Assembly (NCBI GenBank): GCA_905178155.1
Contig: CAJINV010000003.1
Location: forward strand, 2,437,065 to 2,501,064
Reading direction: 5' to 3'
DNA from: Amoebophrya sp. A120
Lineage: Eukaryota; Protista; Dinoflagellata
DNA length: 64,000 nucleotides
Below the pieces are notes generated by a model. That model was not told the DNA's origin. It made no database searches and saw only the letters and a program-made list of their open reading frames with translations. Position numbers and translations under genes: made by a program. Of this stretch, positions 39,401-52,300 are shown in pieces (position 1 is the stretch's first letter; every line of letters starts with the position of its first letter).

Positions 39401-39769
39401 CGAGTTTTGTGGGGAAACGTTGACTCGCCGCAGAACGCGATGGCGCTGTTTCAGAAGGCCTGCGTTCTTATTTCCCTGAACCGGTTTCCGGAGGCCCTCC
39501 GCGATCTGGAACGCGTGCGAAACTTAGCGCCAAAGGAGGCGTGTGTGTATTTTCAGCTGGGCAAAGTCTACGAGAAGATGGGGCTCTTGCAGCAGGCATT
39601 TCAAACGCTGCACCAAGCTATGGATCTCCACCGGGACTCCAAAGATTACCACACCATCAAAGCGCACCTAGAGCGGTTGCCGTTGATTGATCCGGCGCTT
39701 GCCGCATCTGCGAGTGGGAGCAGTGGCAGTCAGCTGGTCTACCCAGGCATGATGTCATCGCAAATCTGA
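36471..39769 (+). CDS. CDC27: Anaphase-promoting complex subunit 3 (TPR protein); two introners plus introns ~36706-36980 (uncertain), 38693-38872, 39113-39315
   Basis: Spliced peptide GLERYSTCLWHL...WCVVGNACSQQREHGMALKFFKRAIQADPYFSYAYTLCGHEYVANE...DPRHYNAWWALG is typical CDC27; start uncertain. Confidence 0.93.
37787..38048. mobile_element. Introner IE9 (262 bp)
   Basis: Same TIR family as IE4-6; TSD GCAAC; internal sequence is colinear with the reverse complement of IE4. Confidence 0.95.
38110..38639. mobile_element. Introner IE10 (530 bp = 262-bp element plus nested insertion)
   Basis: 31-bp TIR TATCAAATGTAAAAATGTCTGGGTCTGGAAG; TSD GCCAT. Confidence 0.95.
38342..38589. mobile_element. 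248-bp GC-rich insertion nested in IE10
   Basis: Exact 20-bp direct repeat GCATGACAAATCGCGCATTC at 38322-38341 and 38590-38609. Confidence 0.8.
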
Positions 39770-40377
39770 ATGTTTACGGTTGCATTCTTCGTGACGAAAA
39801 GAGAGGTTCCTACGCAGCCTGGGGCTTCCACAAACGTCTCTTACCCATGCGGAGTTTCATTGTTCCCCTTATCCCGGAAAGCATTTTTCGTTTTTCAGCA
39901 ATAGCAAAGAAATGCTTTTGGTTCCTTGTATGCAACGGATCACCAAATAAACCACCAGAATTTCAACTGCGCGAGCGCAAGAAGTGCAAGTACAGAAATA
40001 TTTATTTGGCAAACAGATAAACGAATTCATATAGTTTTCGACATGAACAAAATTTACAAATATGCTGCCATACCATCTGACTAGGAGGTCTGGAATGTTG
40101 AGTCAGGATCACCCTGTTGCTATAAATGAAGTGAAAAATTTCGAAGTTCACTTCTCTATGCACCCAATCGATCCAGTGCTAGTTGCAATTTTAGCTTTGC
40201 TCGAAATGGATTTCATGGCTGTAATGCAACTTACTAGACAGCGGCAGCAACGAGTTCTAGCATCTTGTTACTTTTTTTTCCTACACCTATGTAGTCAGGC
40301 GAACAACGAACTACGCAAGTAATAGAATACGAAAACCGAATTTTTAGGAACTTCGGCTTTGTGTCCTCAATCGAAAG

Positions 40378-41196
40378 ATGTCCGGGAGCAAAAACCACGA
40401 CACCAACGATGGGACGCACCCGTTGTTTCATCACCACGAGTCTGTGGCCACGCCAGGGTTGATCCACGTATTTTTCGACGTCGCTGCCATGGAGGGGTCC
40501 GCTGCCAGCAGCAGTATAACTACATCAAGTAGTCAGAGCAGCAAGGCGGTGGCGCACCATGGGCAACCACTGGGGCGTATGGTCTTCAAGCTGTTTCAGG
40601 AGCGGGTACCGAAGACCGTGGAAAACTTTCGACAGTTGTGCATCGGGGCCAAGGGACAAAAGGACTTCAGCTACGCTGGGAGTTCGTTTCACCGGCTGAT
40701 CAAGGATTTCATGCTGCAGGGGGGGGACTTCACGAAGCACGACGGCACCGGGGGGAAGAGCATTTACTCCACCACCCAATTCGCGGACGAGCCCAACGGG
40801 CTCCTGGCCATGCGGCACAACCGACGCGGCGTGTTGTCCATGGCGAACAAGGGACCGAACACCAACTCCTCGCAGTTCTTCGTCCTGTTTCAGCCGCAGC
40901 CCCACCTGGACGGCAAGCACGTCGTGTTCGGGGAGTTGGTGGAGGGCATGGATGTGCTCGACCGCATCGAAAAGTTTCCCACGGACTCCGGCGACCGGCC
41001 ACTGACCAAACTGGTCATCGCCAAGTGCGGCGAGTTGGTCCGCGTAAAACGAGTCTTTCGCCCGTTGTCCGACTCCAAGCACGACCTCCTCCGCGAGCAC
41101 CACGTGTCTTCCAAAAGGAAAAAACACATGCTGAAGCGCCTGAAGGCTCTGCAAAAATCACACCAAGCGAAAGACAGCGCGACCACCAAAAGCTAA
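40378..41196 (+). CDS. Cyclophilin-type peptidyl-prolyl isomerase with basic C-terminal tail
   Basis: [60 protein letters not shown]. Confidence 0.95.
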   Translation: MSGSKNHDTNDGTHPLFHHHESVATPGLIHVFFDVAAMEGSAASSSITTSSSQSSKAVAHHGQPLGRMVFKLFQERVPKTVENFRQLCIGAKGQKDFSYAGSSFHRLIKDFMLQGGDFTKHDGTGGKSIYSTTQFADEPNGLLAMRHNRRGVLSMANKGPNTNSSQFFVLFQPQPHLDGKHVVFGELVEGMDVLDRIEKFPTDSGDRPLTKLVIAKCGELVRVKRVFRPLSDSKHDLLREHHVSSKRKKHMLKRLKALQKSHQAKDSATTKS

Positions 41197-42654
41197 GGAA
41201 AAACGAATATTTTTGAAGAGAAGTCTGTCATTATTTCACCCCACGACAGCACGAGAAGAAATCAACGTTTTTGGTTACACGACACAGTGACGGTCGTGAA
41301 ATCAGAGAAGTTTCGCGGTTCACTGTCTGAGGCTCGACGAGTATAACAAACGCATAGTACCCATCATAGCGTTTTTGTTCCCCGTCAAGGAGTCGCCTAT
41401 CTTTCAAAGCACATTTGTTGCACAGTTGTCAAGTAGAATAGTGCGTCGGCACCTGTAGTTCTAGTTTCTGAAGATCCGCTTTCCTGGAGGTCTACTTCCC
41501 ACTTGGCTAAGCTATGAAGGCTAGTAGGGTGCTTTTGAAGATCATGCTGTAGAAGTTGTCCGCACTGGTATAGAAAGATCCTTTGCAACTGCGGTATGAT
41601 GAAGCTGCATGGATGTTTTCACCTGGATCACGTTCAGGTGTAGAACAAGACATTGAACTACTACTCGCACTCAGCGCAGCAGTACTTCTTGGACCCACAT
41701 ATATTAAGTAGTTCTTGCTACTAACATACTGTAGGTGGAGCTCATGATAGTTGGCTTACTCGTTCTTCGAGTTCAACAGACAGTTTGGCTTGTCTTTTCC
41801 ACTTTCGTTCCACCAACGCTCACCATTCATCACAGCGATGTTTCTATTTCCCTTTCGTCTGTATGGACACTGATCAGGTCGAGATTTTGATTCGACTAGG
41901 CATTAGCAAACACGCGCTCGTCTTAGGGGTAGTCCGGCAGTAGAGTTGCAGAAACACGACCTTCAGATACAACTAAATAGAGAAGAAGAACCTGTTATTT
42001 CACTTTTCGCCTTAGAATCGTCAGAAAAAAAAGATATCAGCAGCAGTATTTTCCGACTTTGAGTGTATCTTAGTCTAATTCAAATCACAAATATGAGAAA
42101 GAACCTCCTCCCGCACCTGAGTACCAAAAAGAAACTCGAAGAACTTCGCTGAACTCGACACACCACCGTAGTTGCGTGCTCCCCCGTGTTGTACCTGAAA
42201 GAGAAAGTAGCCCCCAAGAGATCCGTTTTCTGTGCGTTGAAGAGCAGCATCATTGCTCTTCGCGGATCCAAGCCGCGACATCATTGGGTTGTTGGATTTC
42301 GGGTTCCGACGCAGCGGAGTCCGCGACTAGCGCACCAAACGCCCTAGCGGAGAAACTTTCTGAACAGCTGGGACGGACTGCAGCAAGGACTTCTTCGCAA
42401 GCTCTCGAAACAGCAACAAAAAATTCAGACAATACTTTTGCTGCTCCCGTGAAAGAACAACTCGATTTGTGAAAGGACAGCTTCATTCGCGCAGCAGTAG
42501 CTTCAAGACATTTTTGCAGGCAGCTGAAGATCAACATTACCGAAGACAGAGCGGACCGGGCGTCTTCTACGTCGGAACCGATCACCTGGCGCGACACATT
42601 TTTCTGCACCACTTCAACTCCGGTTTCTTTCTTTGAATCAAATCGATGGACAAG

Positions 42655-44158
42655 ATGCCGTCCACTAGTTGCCAGGGGTATGTCAAATTCTTTTCGGAGG
42701 CGAAAGGCTTCGGCTTCATCTCCATGGATGGGGGGCAAGACATCTTCGTCGCAGCCAAGGATGTAGCTGGTAAAGAGTGCTACTGCTTCTCATCTTCATC
42801 GTCGTGCACCTCGACAACGAATAAATCAAGCATGAAAAATTTGTATCAAATAAGGACGTGCATTAGCATGATTTTTGTTTTGACTTTTCATTTGGACCAC
42901 TTCAAAAATTTCTGCAAGATTATACCTCCAAGTACAAAAGGTAATCCGCTCTACCAAGACGATTTGGTGACATTCGAGATAGAGGAAAACCGAAAAGGCA
43001 AAGCCGCCAAGTTTGTTAAGGGAGGCACCGGAAATCCATTCAAGGGCAGTATCGCTTGGTTTGTTCTTATTTCTCTCCTCGCCGTACTTAGATAGAAGCC
43101 CGTCTTGTTTATTCGCACCTCCTGTGATGATTCTGAATGTCGATGTAGATTGTGTTTGAGTAGAAGTAGCAGGGGCCAGCACGACAGCTACGATGAGAAA
43201 AAATCACCGACATGATTGACATTTCAATTTCACATATCCCACGAAAAAACTGTTTCATTGTGGTGATTTAGCAAGATCTGCATCACAGGTTTGTTACACA
43301 TGACAAAGAAAACTTGGCGTGCGTGCTTCCCAAGGGAAAACACAGCTAAAAATCCAATGTCTTGCACGTGTAGCAAGACAAACGCATTTGCGTTCCGTTC
43401 TGTGCATCACAAGTTTACAGTGAAACAGTTTTTTCTTGCGATATCACACAGAGAACAAGGCGGGGCAGAAGGACGCCAAGGGCAAGGGCAAGAAGGGGAA
43501 AGGCCAGAAGTTCGGGAAGGGCCGAGACGAGGAGGAGGAGGAGGAGGGCTTCTGCAACGGGAAGGCCAACAACGGCAAGGGAATCTTGCCCGGAGGCAAC
43601 CACAACTGGGTGAAGGGCGACTACGGCGCGGGCGACATGATGAAGGGCAAGGGGCCGGGCGGTCCGATGATGATGGGACCTCCCGGCGGCGGCGGGCCTC
43701 CGGGTGCGGACATGGTGGGCAAGGGTGGGGACCCGAATCAGATGATGGGGGGCGGCCCGCCGGGCGGGGGCGGCCCGCCGATGGGCATGCCGGGAAAAGG
43801 GGACATGGGCATGGGGATGCCACCCATGGGCATGCCACAACAAGGACCACCTGGCGGTATACCAATTTTTTTGTTCTAGATGGAACTCGTCTCTGCTGCT
43901 TACTAGAGGAACTTTTCAGATTCTGGAAGATGCTGACAAATGCCTTGCGAAAGCTGGTGTTCGCACATCATGATGAAATGCTTGATTTATACTAGAGTGT
44001 GCCCCTTCGGTAGCCGCTAGTAGCACAGAGAAAACCAATTGCAATATGGGACTATCATATCGCTTTTTTCAGGTAAGATGGGCGACTTCCAGCCGAACAG
44101 TAAGGGGGGATTTACTCTGAACTATGCTGCGCCAGAATTCAAGCCAATGGGAGCATAG
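42655..44158 (+). CDS. Cold-shock domain protein with Gly/Met/Pro-rich region and C-terminal PAM2 motif; introns 42770-42940, ~43049-43451 (may hide a small exon), 43857-44072
   Basis: GYVKFFSEAKGFGFISMDGGQDIFV...LYQDDLVTFEIEENRKGKAA; last exon ends LNYAAPEFKPMGA*. Confidence 0.88.
43235..43443. mobile_element. Introner IE11 (209 bp), located inside an intron
   Basis: TIR TATCCCACGAAAAAACTGTTTCATTGT / ACAGTGAAACAGTTTTTTCTTGCGATA; TSD TCACA. Confidence 0.88.
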
Positions 44159-45088
44159 AGACAGCATAGCGCTTGTGATTCCAGGCCCCAGTCTGCTTCT
44201 GCAAAGAAATGTTTGGAACACTGGCGAATTTTTTCAATCAAATGTCACGACTTTACACTAAGTTACACAAAAACTACACACTCACTCTTTTGTTTTATGT
44301 TACACTGTCATCTCGACTTACACGAATCTTTTGCACGATGTCTTTTCCGATAGTTCTTTAGCGACAAAAAATATCGTTGAGAGGCTTCAGATCTTCGATA
44401 GTTGGCGCGGGAGAGGCAGTGCAATTGATTCTGTGAGTCGACGAAAAATACACTGGACGGCGGAAAAGTGTCGCTTTTCTGCTGTTTATTTTTATGTTAC
44501 ACTGTTTACAAGATGGATGAATAAAAGGAACCGAACTCCTTCAACACCGTCGAGAAGGTTCTGCTACTTTACTTTTCTACCGGACGAAATTTTGCTTGCA
44601 ATATTAATGCTACGCAGCTCCTCCTTTCCGAGAGGCGAACGGCGAGAAGTGCGTCTGTCTGAGTAGTGCCACGAAAACGAATCCCCCTATGCAGCGCTTT
44701 TTGCCTTTAATATTACAGGCGCATGATCAAGAACACACAAAACTTTTTCAGAGGCAAAAAACTCATCACAAAAATCTTGAATTTCCTATACAAAGCGAAT
44801 CAACTATAGGCATCTTCACATGACTAAATGATATCTGACTGGTGTGGCAGGTGCAGGAGCAGCTGCTGCAAAGAAGTTTACTGGGTTGTTTTACACATCG
44901 GAGCTGCCATGGGGCGACAACTATTATGTGTGCGTCACAGAAGATCCCTGCTTCGGGGTCGTCTCACCAGGCAGCTTAGAAAAAGTCACATCGACAAGCG
45001 GGAAAGCGCTCGGTACCAATCTGCCAAAGTCTTGCGCTTTTTCGATTCGTCTTTTTTTGAAGATTTAGAATTAGATGTACATGTACAT

Positions 45089-45134
45089 GCACTCGTGCAA
45101 AATCTTCGTTTCGATCATAATCTTCTTGTCCTGC
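45089..45134 (+). repeat. 46-bp dispersed direct repeat, copy 1
   Basis: 44/46 identical to 48915-48960. Confidence 0.85.
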
Positions 45135-45885
45135 GGACGACATCTACTGGATCTTTTTTTTTGTGAGCAAATGATAAAACTGAAATTGGAGGTCTGTTGT
45201 ACCGTAAACTTTGATGGTCAAGAACATTCCAATGTTGATTTCGAAATTCTTTGTATCTGCCAAAATAAATCCAACCAAGTACCTTCTCGGAGGTCCTCTC
45301 AGAGTTGATCGTGTCGAAAATAAAATCGGTTTTCTATCTGTAACTGCCAAAAAATTTCCCACTGGTCAAATAGGTGATGTAGGCAGAAATACTCAGTGAT
45401 CTCAGGATCTCGCGAAGTTGATCGAAAATTTTCTCAGATTGTCGGGCAAGAAAATTCAAATTGATTTTGGCCTCACCTGCCTAAAATAAAAATGAGCATG
45501 AGTGTGAAGGTCTTGCGGAGTGGTCAAAACTGAACATCGTGGAAATAATATTAGTCGAAATGAAGTTGCCAGCGCAGCTCTCTCTAGTAAGTATTGCAGA
45601 CCGCAAGTAAAAAGCAAATGCACAGTTTTGGCACAAGTGTAAAATTATAATAAGTCTTTCTTTTGTGTTCGGAGTATGTAAGTCTTGTTTTGTTCTTGTA
45701 TTTGAATGAAGAGTTAGCCTGAAAATTCTGCAAGCAAAGCATTAGTTTTCTATACTATTGTCGCGATTAAGATTGAGTGTACAATCAACGCACAAGACAA
45801 ATATATCACTTTTATCCGGCGAAAGTGAATCAATTATATTTTTTCATTTTTGTGTCGATGGCGCGACACACGGTATAACATAAGC

Positions 45886-48040
45886 ATGCGCTATTCATCG
45901 ACGAGATCCTCGACTTTTGTTTTCGTCGTGCTAATAGGAAGCTGCCTCGCGGCCGTCTTCACAGCAGAAGTGGCAGCTGCTGCTGCTGCTACGCCACCCC
46001 CAGCCTCCCCATGTAGCGGTCCTTTTTGTTCGTGGTCCTGGCCTGTCGCCGAAGAGCAAAAGCGCGTTGTTGAGGAGTGGCATAGGGACAATGTCTTTGA
46101 CATCAACGCCGAGCATGCTAAGGACTTGCAAGAGTTGGATGCTGACCATCCTCTGTGTGGCGTGTACTACTTTAATGTCCACGGCGTGTATGACCTCGAA
46201 AACAAGTTTAATATGCAAACCCATGCCCCCCGCCGACAAAACAGATGCAATGCTTTGCGACTTTGTCCTTCTCGTTCTCGACGAGGGCAGGGAAGGAGTC
46301 GTTCCCGAGCTGAAGACCCCTTGCTGACACCAGCATCCGCTGTTCCACCAGCACCCGGCGGTGGCGAAGATTACCAACGGCACGACGCGAGGCGGACAAA
46401 TTATTTCGAGTTTGACGTGCCCGAGAATATGGATCTCATTTTCGCCAGTTTTCCAGGGCATCCGTTCCCAACTTATGATGACCAAATTCCGAAGGCTGCG
46501 GAGTACAGCCGCTATTTGGGTCATCTAAAAACAAGCATGGTTACGTTGCAGAGCTTGGAGAAAGTAGCCGCGACTTCCGCAATGCCAATGAAGAAAAAAG
46601 GAAAAGAAGAAGCGCCACCTGAAGGCACAGCTCGATCTACCACTAGTACCAGCACAGCTGCTATGGCCGAGAGCATTGCCAAGGCGCTGAATGATGGCTA
46701 CAGTTTGGCTGGCCGCGGAAAAGGAAGTGCCCGTCTTTTTCGAAATACGCACGTTATTTTTGCCGCGAAGTTTGTCGAGCAGAGGAATTTTCCACATCTA
46801 AAGAAGTTTCTGCAATTAAGCACGGGACTGTCAGCAGACGGAGATGAGAAGTCGAAATCCTGGGCCTGGCATGTAGCCTCCAAAAGGCAGGGCAATCAGC
46901 TGATGCAGATCCGAGCAGACGAAACAAAGAGCTGCGTTTACACATGGAAACGGCTGCAAGCGTCGGGTAAAATCGTTCCTGTCCAATTCATTGGCGTGCG
47001 GCGGGGAAGGTGCTGTTCTTCCGAGAGCAAAGGGCACTTTCACGAAGGATGTCAAGTTATACCTGTTCACTCTTCTCGACGCGCTTCAATGGGTGGCCGA
47101 CGCCCCTGGTTCAAGCCACTGTAAAAGGCGGACGGTCATCAGTCCACAGTGTCGACATTGCAATCCAGCCGAAGTTTCTGATGTTGCGCGCGTGCACCGC
47201 CACGAGCACAACCAGAGTGAACTGAAGCAGGTGACCTTACTTCGGCAGAAGTCATTCGATAATTTGGAGGTCGACACCAATAGGATTATTAGGGGCAACG
47301 ACGAAAAAAGTGCCACGAGTGTTTTGATGAAGTCTGCGCAGAAAGAAATGGATATTGCAGCGGCTGACTCTGGACCTTTCGTCGAAGAAGGCAACTCTAC
47401 TAGGGCGACGCGCGCAGCGACGAAGCAATTAGCAACCGGGCTGGCAGAGCTGTTCGCGAAGGTGGCTTATCATGATGACCTCCTCCTCGAAGGGGAGAGT
47501 TTTTTTCAGGCGACCAGTGCGTGCTTGGAAGCGTCCCAAGCGTTCCGGCTGTTCCGTGCGGATGTGAGGAACGAAGAAATGCGGAGACACATGAGTTTTG
47601 GATTGCTCAAAGTGAAGCGCGAGGCAGTTGAGGCGATCCGTATGGCGGCCTGTACCACACTGCTTTTTTGCGAGGTCGCAGAGCTAAAGACACAAGCGAA
47701 AGAAGTTGACGCGAAACTTCAGAGCTTAAAAGCATTGGATAACCAGTCGCCAGGTTCAAACGGCCTGCTGGACAGTGTCAAGCGACTCGCAGGCAGGAAA
47801 AAAGAAACACTAGAGGATCTTTCGAGGAAGAAGGATGCGATAGAGAACACATTGACAAACCTGCTTTCCCCCTCCGCTTCGCAGACGCCGAGCGTGACGA
47901 GTTGGGCCGAATCGTCCAAACTGCTAGAAGTCCGAGCCGCATTCAATTCGGCGTTTCTAGAGGACAGGGACCTGTTGCACAAAATCCCACCCTTTGAAGG
48001 TAGTAGAGATGATTCAACACATTTTTGTTCTATCTTATAA
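45886..48040 (+). CDS. Hypothetical secreted protein split over two overlapping frames (frameshift, small intron or pseudogene)
   Basis: ORF 45850..47124 has an N-terminal hydrophobic signal; ORF 46991..48040 is helical/coiled-coil; both frames are open across 46904-47124. Confidence 0.5.
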
Positions 48041-48914
48041 CTTTCTGACATACGATTGCAACCCCCGCGGCTGATAGGCTTCACTTTCGTTTGCAGAAAC
48101 TCTCTAAGCGCAAACAGCGGAGCACCAGAACTGGCCGTTTCCTGTGGTCGACGATGTCATCGTCTTTTTGGTAACTATACAAAGGTAGGATCTAAATCAA
48201 AACTTCGACGAACCTAAAGTAGGAGATGGGGTATAAAGAAATAAGAATTAGAATTGAATACCACTGGCAATTGCAATCGAAAAAAGTAAAAGAGCGGCTG
48301 CAAGGTGTAGCAGTGTCGTGCCTCCTGGTTTAGAAGTTCTGACCTTTTATGTTTGAGGTGAGAGCAATTACATATTTTAATATCTGTAGGTCGAGAAAAG
48401 AAGTAAGAACGCCCCCGCCACCAGTGCAGGATAAATGAGTCTGGCGTAGTGTAAGATTTCATGATTTAATTTTTGCGTACAAGATTCATTTTCATTTATC
48501 ATTATCCCGCACGGTTTCGAACATTTTATCACATTGAAGTACAACATATTCTGACGCCTGCACCGGGGATAGAGATAAAAAGTAGGAATGTTGTTGTATG
48601 GTCCTGGCAACCAGGCAGCAGCATCCGCTAGAGGACAGGATGCACGAGGTGCCGCGAGGATGACAGCTCGCAGCTGTCTTTGCTCCGCATGCATCGAAAG
48701 ACCGTGGCATAAACATAATCTAAGATGACCGTGGCATAAACATATATCGGTTTTGTAGATCTAAATTGCACCTGCGAGTAGACCTCCCCTCGATGTTGAA
48801 GTTGAATGATTTGCAAAATTGAGGCTGACAGCATGGATGAAGTCTGATTTCCCCGATCGAAGTGCTTGGACAAAGTTTGCCGCTTGTTGTTCGATTGGGC
48901 CGATGGATAAGCAC

Positions 48915-48960
48915 GCACTCGTCCAAAATCTTCGTTTCGATCACAATCTTCTTGTCCTGC
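48915..48960 (+). repeat. 46-bp dispersed direct repeat, copy 2
   Basis: 44/46 identical to 45089-45134. Confidence 0.85.
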
Positions 48961-49356
48961 TCAACTCCGTTTTTCCGCGGTCGTTGAAGAAAGTCGTCCA
49001 AGATATTATTCGTGCATCGTCGTGCAACAAAGTGAAATAAAAGTTCGTATCGTCTTCATACGTTCCTTTGCGTGCCTGTTTTCGTGAAATGTCGTGCATT
49101 GTGGTGCTGGTGTGGTCTACAGGCACAAAAGTCCTGCTGATTTCACATCAACGGGCCTGATGTTGCGTACAGATTGATCATCATACTCACGAACTTTGCA
49201 AATCTTTATTTCAGTTGTACTTCGCAAGCAATCCCAATCATTCATCCCGCTCTTCATCTACCCGTTACACGATATATTTGTCTCGAGTCCTCTATACTTA
49301 TTTAAACCCTTTTGTTGTTTAAACACTTAAATTATCGCTATCGTCCAGTAAAAATC

Positions 49357-52300
49357 ATGTCCGCCAACCCGGCGTTGGCACAGCATTTAAAGGATCGTCG
49401 AGAGGAACTCTCGACGCAGCTGCAGTATGTGCTGCAGCAGCAGTCGGACCACACGACCCAAGTTTCGCGCACAAGCCGGCAGCTCCGGAAGAAAGCGGAA
49501 CGGCTGTGTGCCCTGCTCGGGCACGAGCCGTGCGCGCCGTTCACAGCTGCAGAGGCTCATAGAAAGGTCGTCCGGGCCGATATTTTTACACCAGGTGCAG
49601 TCTTCGTGGGAGGTGAAGAGCACGTAGATGATGCCGACGACGAGGAGAACCGCAAGTCCAGAAGTAGTACCTCCCGAAATAAAATTCTCTCAACCACGGT
49701 TTATTGCGAAGCGGATTTATCGGCGCACCAGCTTCGCCATCTGCGCAAGATCGACCGGGAAATCGGGGATTTTTTGACGCATCTGCAGCGCGAGCAGGCG
49801 ATCGCGCTCCAGGAGGAGCGGGCCTACAGTGAGGCGATCCTGGAGGAGCAGCGAAAGCAGGATGACAAGCTGTACGAGAGCCTGATCGAGCACGATGAGC
49901 TCGTCCTCGAAAACGAGCTTCTCCGAGACCAGCAGCTCAAGGAAAAGATCGTGGAAAAGCAGGCCGAGGCGCAGGACCACCGCGACAAGCGCGACGCGGA
50001 GCTCGCGAACTGCGAAAAAATCTTCGAGCTCATCTACAAACGGGATATCAAATGCAAAAATGTCTGGGTCTGGAAACTTGTGATGCTAAAAGTGAACGAG
50101 AGTGCCACTGCAATACGGAGCCAAGCATGATAATTTTTTTGGGCTCCTATGTGTTGCGTGTTCCGCATGGCAAACTGCGTGTTTGCATGACAGAAGGGTT
50201 TAGGGTTTAGGGTTAGGGCCAAGAAGACGCCGTGAGGACGACCACAGGGGGTCCGTCTCAATGATGATGATGATGACAGAAAAGAGAACCGCTTCGTGCC
50301 CATGCATCACAGATTCTTGAGTCATGTCAGACACGCATGACAAGTGTCAGAATCTTCCAGACCCAGACACTTTTACAGTTGATACGGGAGGTGGAAACGC
50401 AACTGAAGAAGGACCGGATCGCCTTCCAAGACCAGCTCCGCGCGGAGCACGAACAGCACGTGAAAGCGCTGATCTCCCTACGGATCGAGGACGACGAGCG
50501 CCGGAAAGCCGACCAGGCGCTCGCGGACGAGACGCTGAGCCGTCTGTTCTCCGCTTTCATGGAGGAGCAAGAACGGGTGGAAAAGGAGCACTTCTCCGGG
50601 GATTTTGTAGCGAGGTTCCTCGAAAACCAGAGGCAAGCGCTCCACGCATTGCTCGTCGAGCACCCCGAAAATGCCGTTCGTCTTCGCGAACTGGGCATTA
50701 TCGGTCCGCTGCTCCGGGAATTGGGCTACTTCTTCCCCGAGAGGGAGAAGGGGACAACGGCTCCTACGGAAGAGATCAACAATGAGGTACTGAGATTTTA
50801 TTTGATGAAATCTCTGCATTTACAACTTGATTATTTTACAGCTGGGCCAGCACCATTCGTTCCGACATTTTTGTTTTCTGTTGTTTCAGAAACGGACAAG
50901 AAAAGTGCTTGTTGGGATTTTTTTTTGGCCTTAGGCTAACTATGATGATATGTGACGGCAAATTGTGGAGTGTGACCTGTGAAATTGAAAATGGAAACAA
51001 CAGCTCCAATGGCGTGCCTGGGGTAAGACGCGACCGGTGTTTGGCGCCGCGACTGGGCAGATGAACATGATTTTCCAGCCCCCGCACATGCGGACGCAGA
51101 CTATCATTCCTGCTCCGGACAGGGGCATGCAAGACTCGTCGGACGAGGCGAGTTCAGACGAATTAATTTCCGTGCCGGACCAAAGTAGAGACGAAAAAGC
51201 CCTCGACGAGGCCGAGAAAATCCTCCGTGCGGCCACGGGCAACATGGCTAAGGAGGCGACCCCGCCGGAATTGGAGCGGCGGGTGATCCCCGCCCTGGAG
51301 CGGCTGCGCAGCAAAAGCAAAACGCAGCAGTTGGAGCGGGATGTTGAACAAGCAAGGGTTGGAACTACAGGAGCTGAAGATGTTTTTACAACCGCCTGGT
51401 CCTCCTCTATTTCCAGCGGGGGCAGTGAGGAAGATCAACACCGCTTAACGGTGCAGAGTACAACAAGTCGGCAACACGGCTCTGGGCCGGATGAGGAGGA
51501 CGGACCGGGCTCGGGCCACCCGGACGCGCCGGAGGGCGTGCGTGCTTCCTTAGAACAGAAAATGATGGACACGCACCAGCGGCGCGTGAGTCGACAGCAG
51601 AAAGAAGAGGTGATGGAGGCCGTTGCGCGGGCCCTGGTGTTCAGCGCTGCGCGCGCAGGAGGAGGATTCTCCCTTTCGCCTCCTGATTCGCACCGGGTGG
51701 GGGGTGATGGTACCAGGGGAAACAAACCGCCTCTAGGTGGGGCTCGCGCCGACGCGACCGCGGAAGGCCCGGGTGCGGGGCAGGGGCAAAGTGATGGTCG
51801 TGAGGAAGATTTGCCGGATATTGTCCTCGCGCAGAAAGGTCGTGGTAAGCAAACGCCTAAGAGTGGACCCAGACCGGGACCGCAAAGCACTACTGAGGAC
51901 CCACAGAACATCTCTCGCGGATCATACGGTGGGGGAGGACTTGATGTTAGCGTATATGGCGTTACAGGCGGGCCGTGGGGAAACGATAACTACGAATCAG
52001 GACGATTCGCCACAGATTCTGGAAAAGAGAAGGGGGGCAGTAGCCCGCTCGACGTGAACTTTTACGGATTTAAACCCGGAAGAAATATTAAAGGCTCGCA
52101 GGGAACTACAATGCCCAATCAGCTCAACAAGGGCCCGACAGACACTGTCGACGGCGACAGGTATCGTGTGGAACAGGATATTAAAGGGAGACCTGTAGCA
52201 GGGACCCAAGACGGTTCCCCGATCATGAGAGGGATTGCAGTAGACGAGGTACTAGATGAGCAGGGAGTGCGCCCCCCTAGTCCCCTTGACACGATGGGCG

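Noticed and set aside
39338-39418. Possible extra intron in CDC27 (GPNGGQGTSGSGIG...)
   Set aside because: In frame, stop-free, with no TIR/TSD; more simply a protein loop insertion.
28166-50384. Recurrent peptides in the ORF track (KCKNVWVWK, NAKMSGSG, LPDPDIF, FQTQTFLHL) as a protein repeat family
   Set aside because: They are translations of the introner TIR in different frames and strands.
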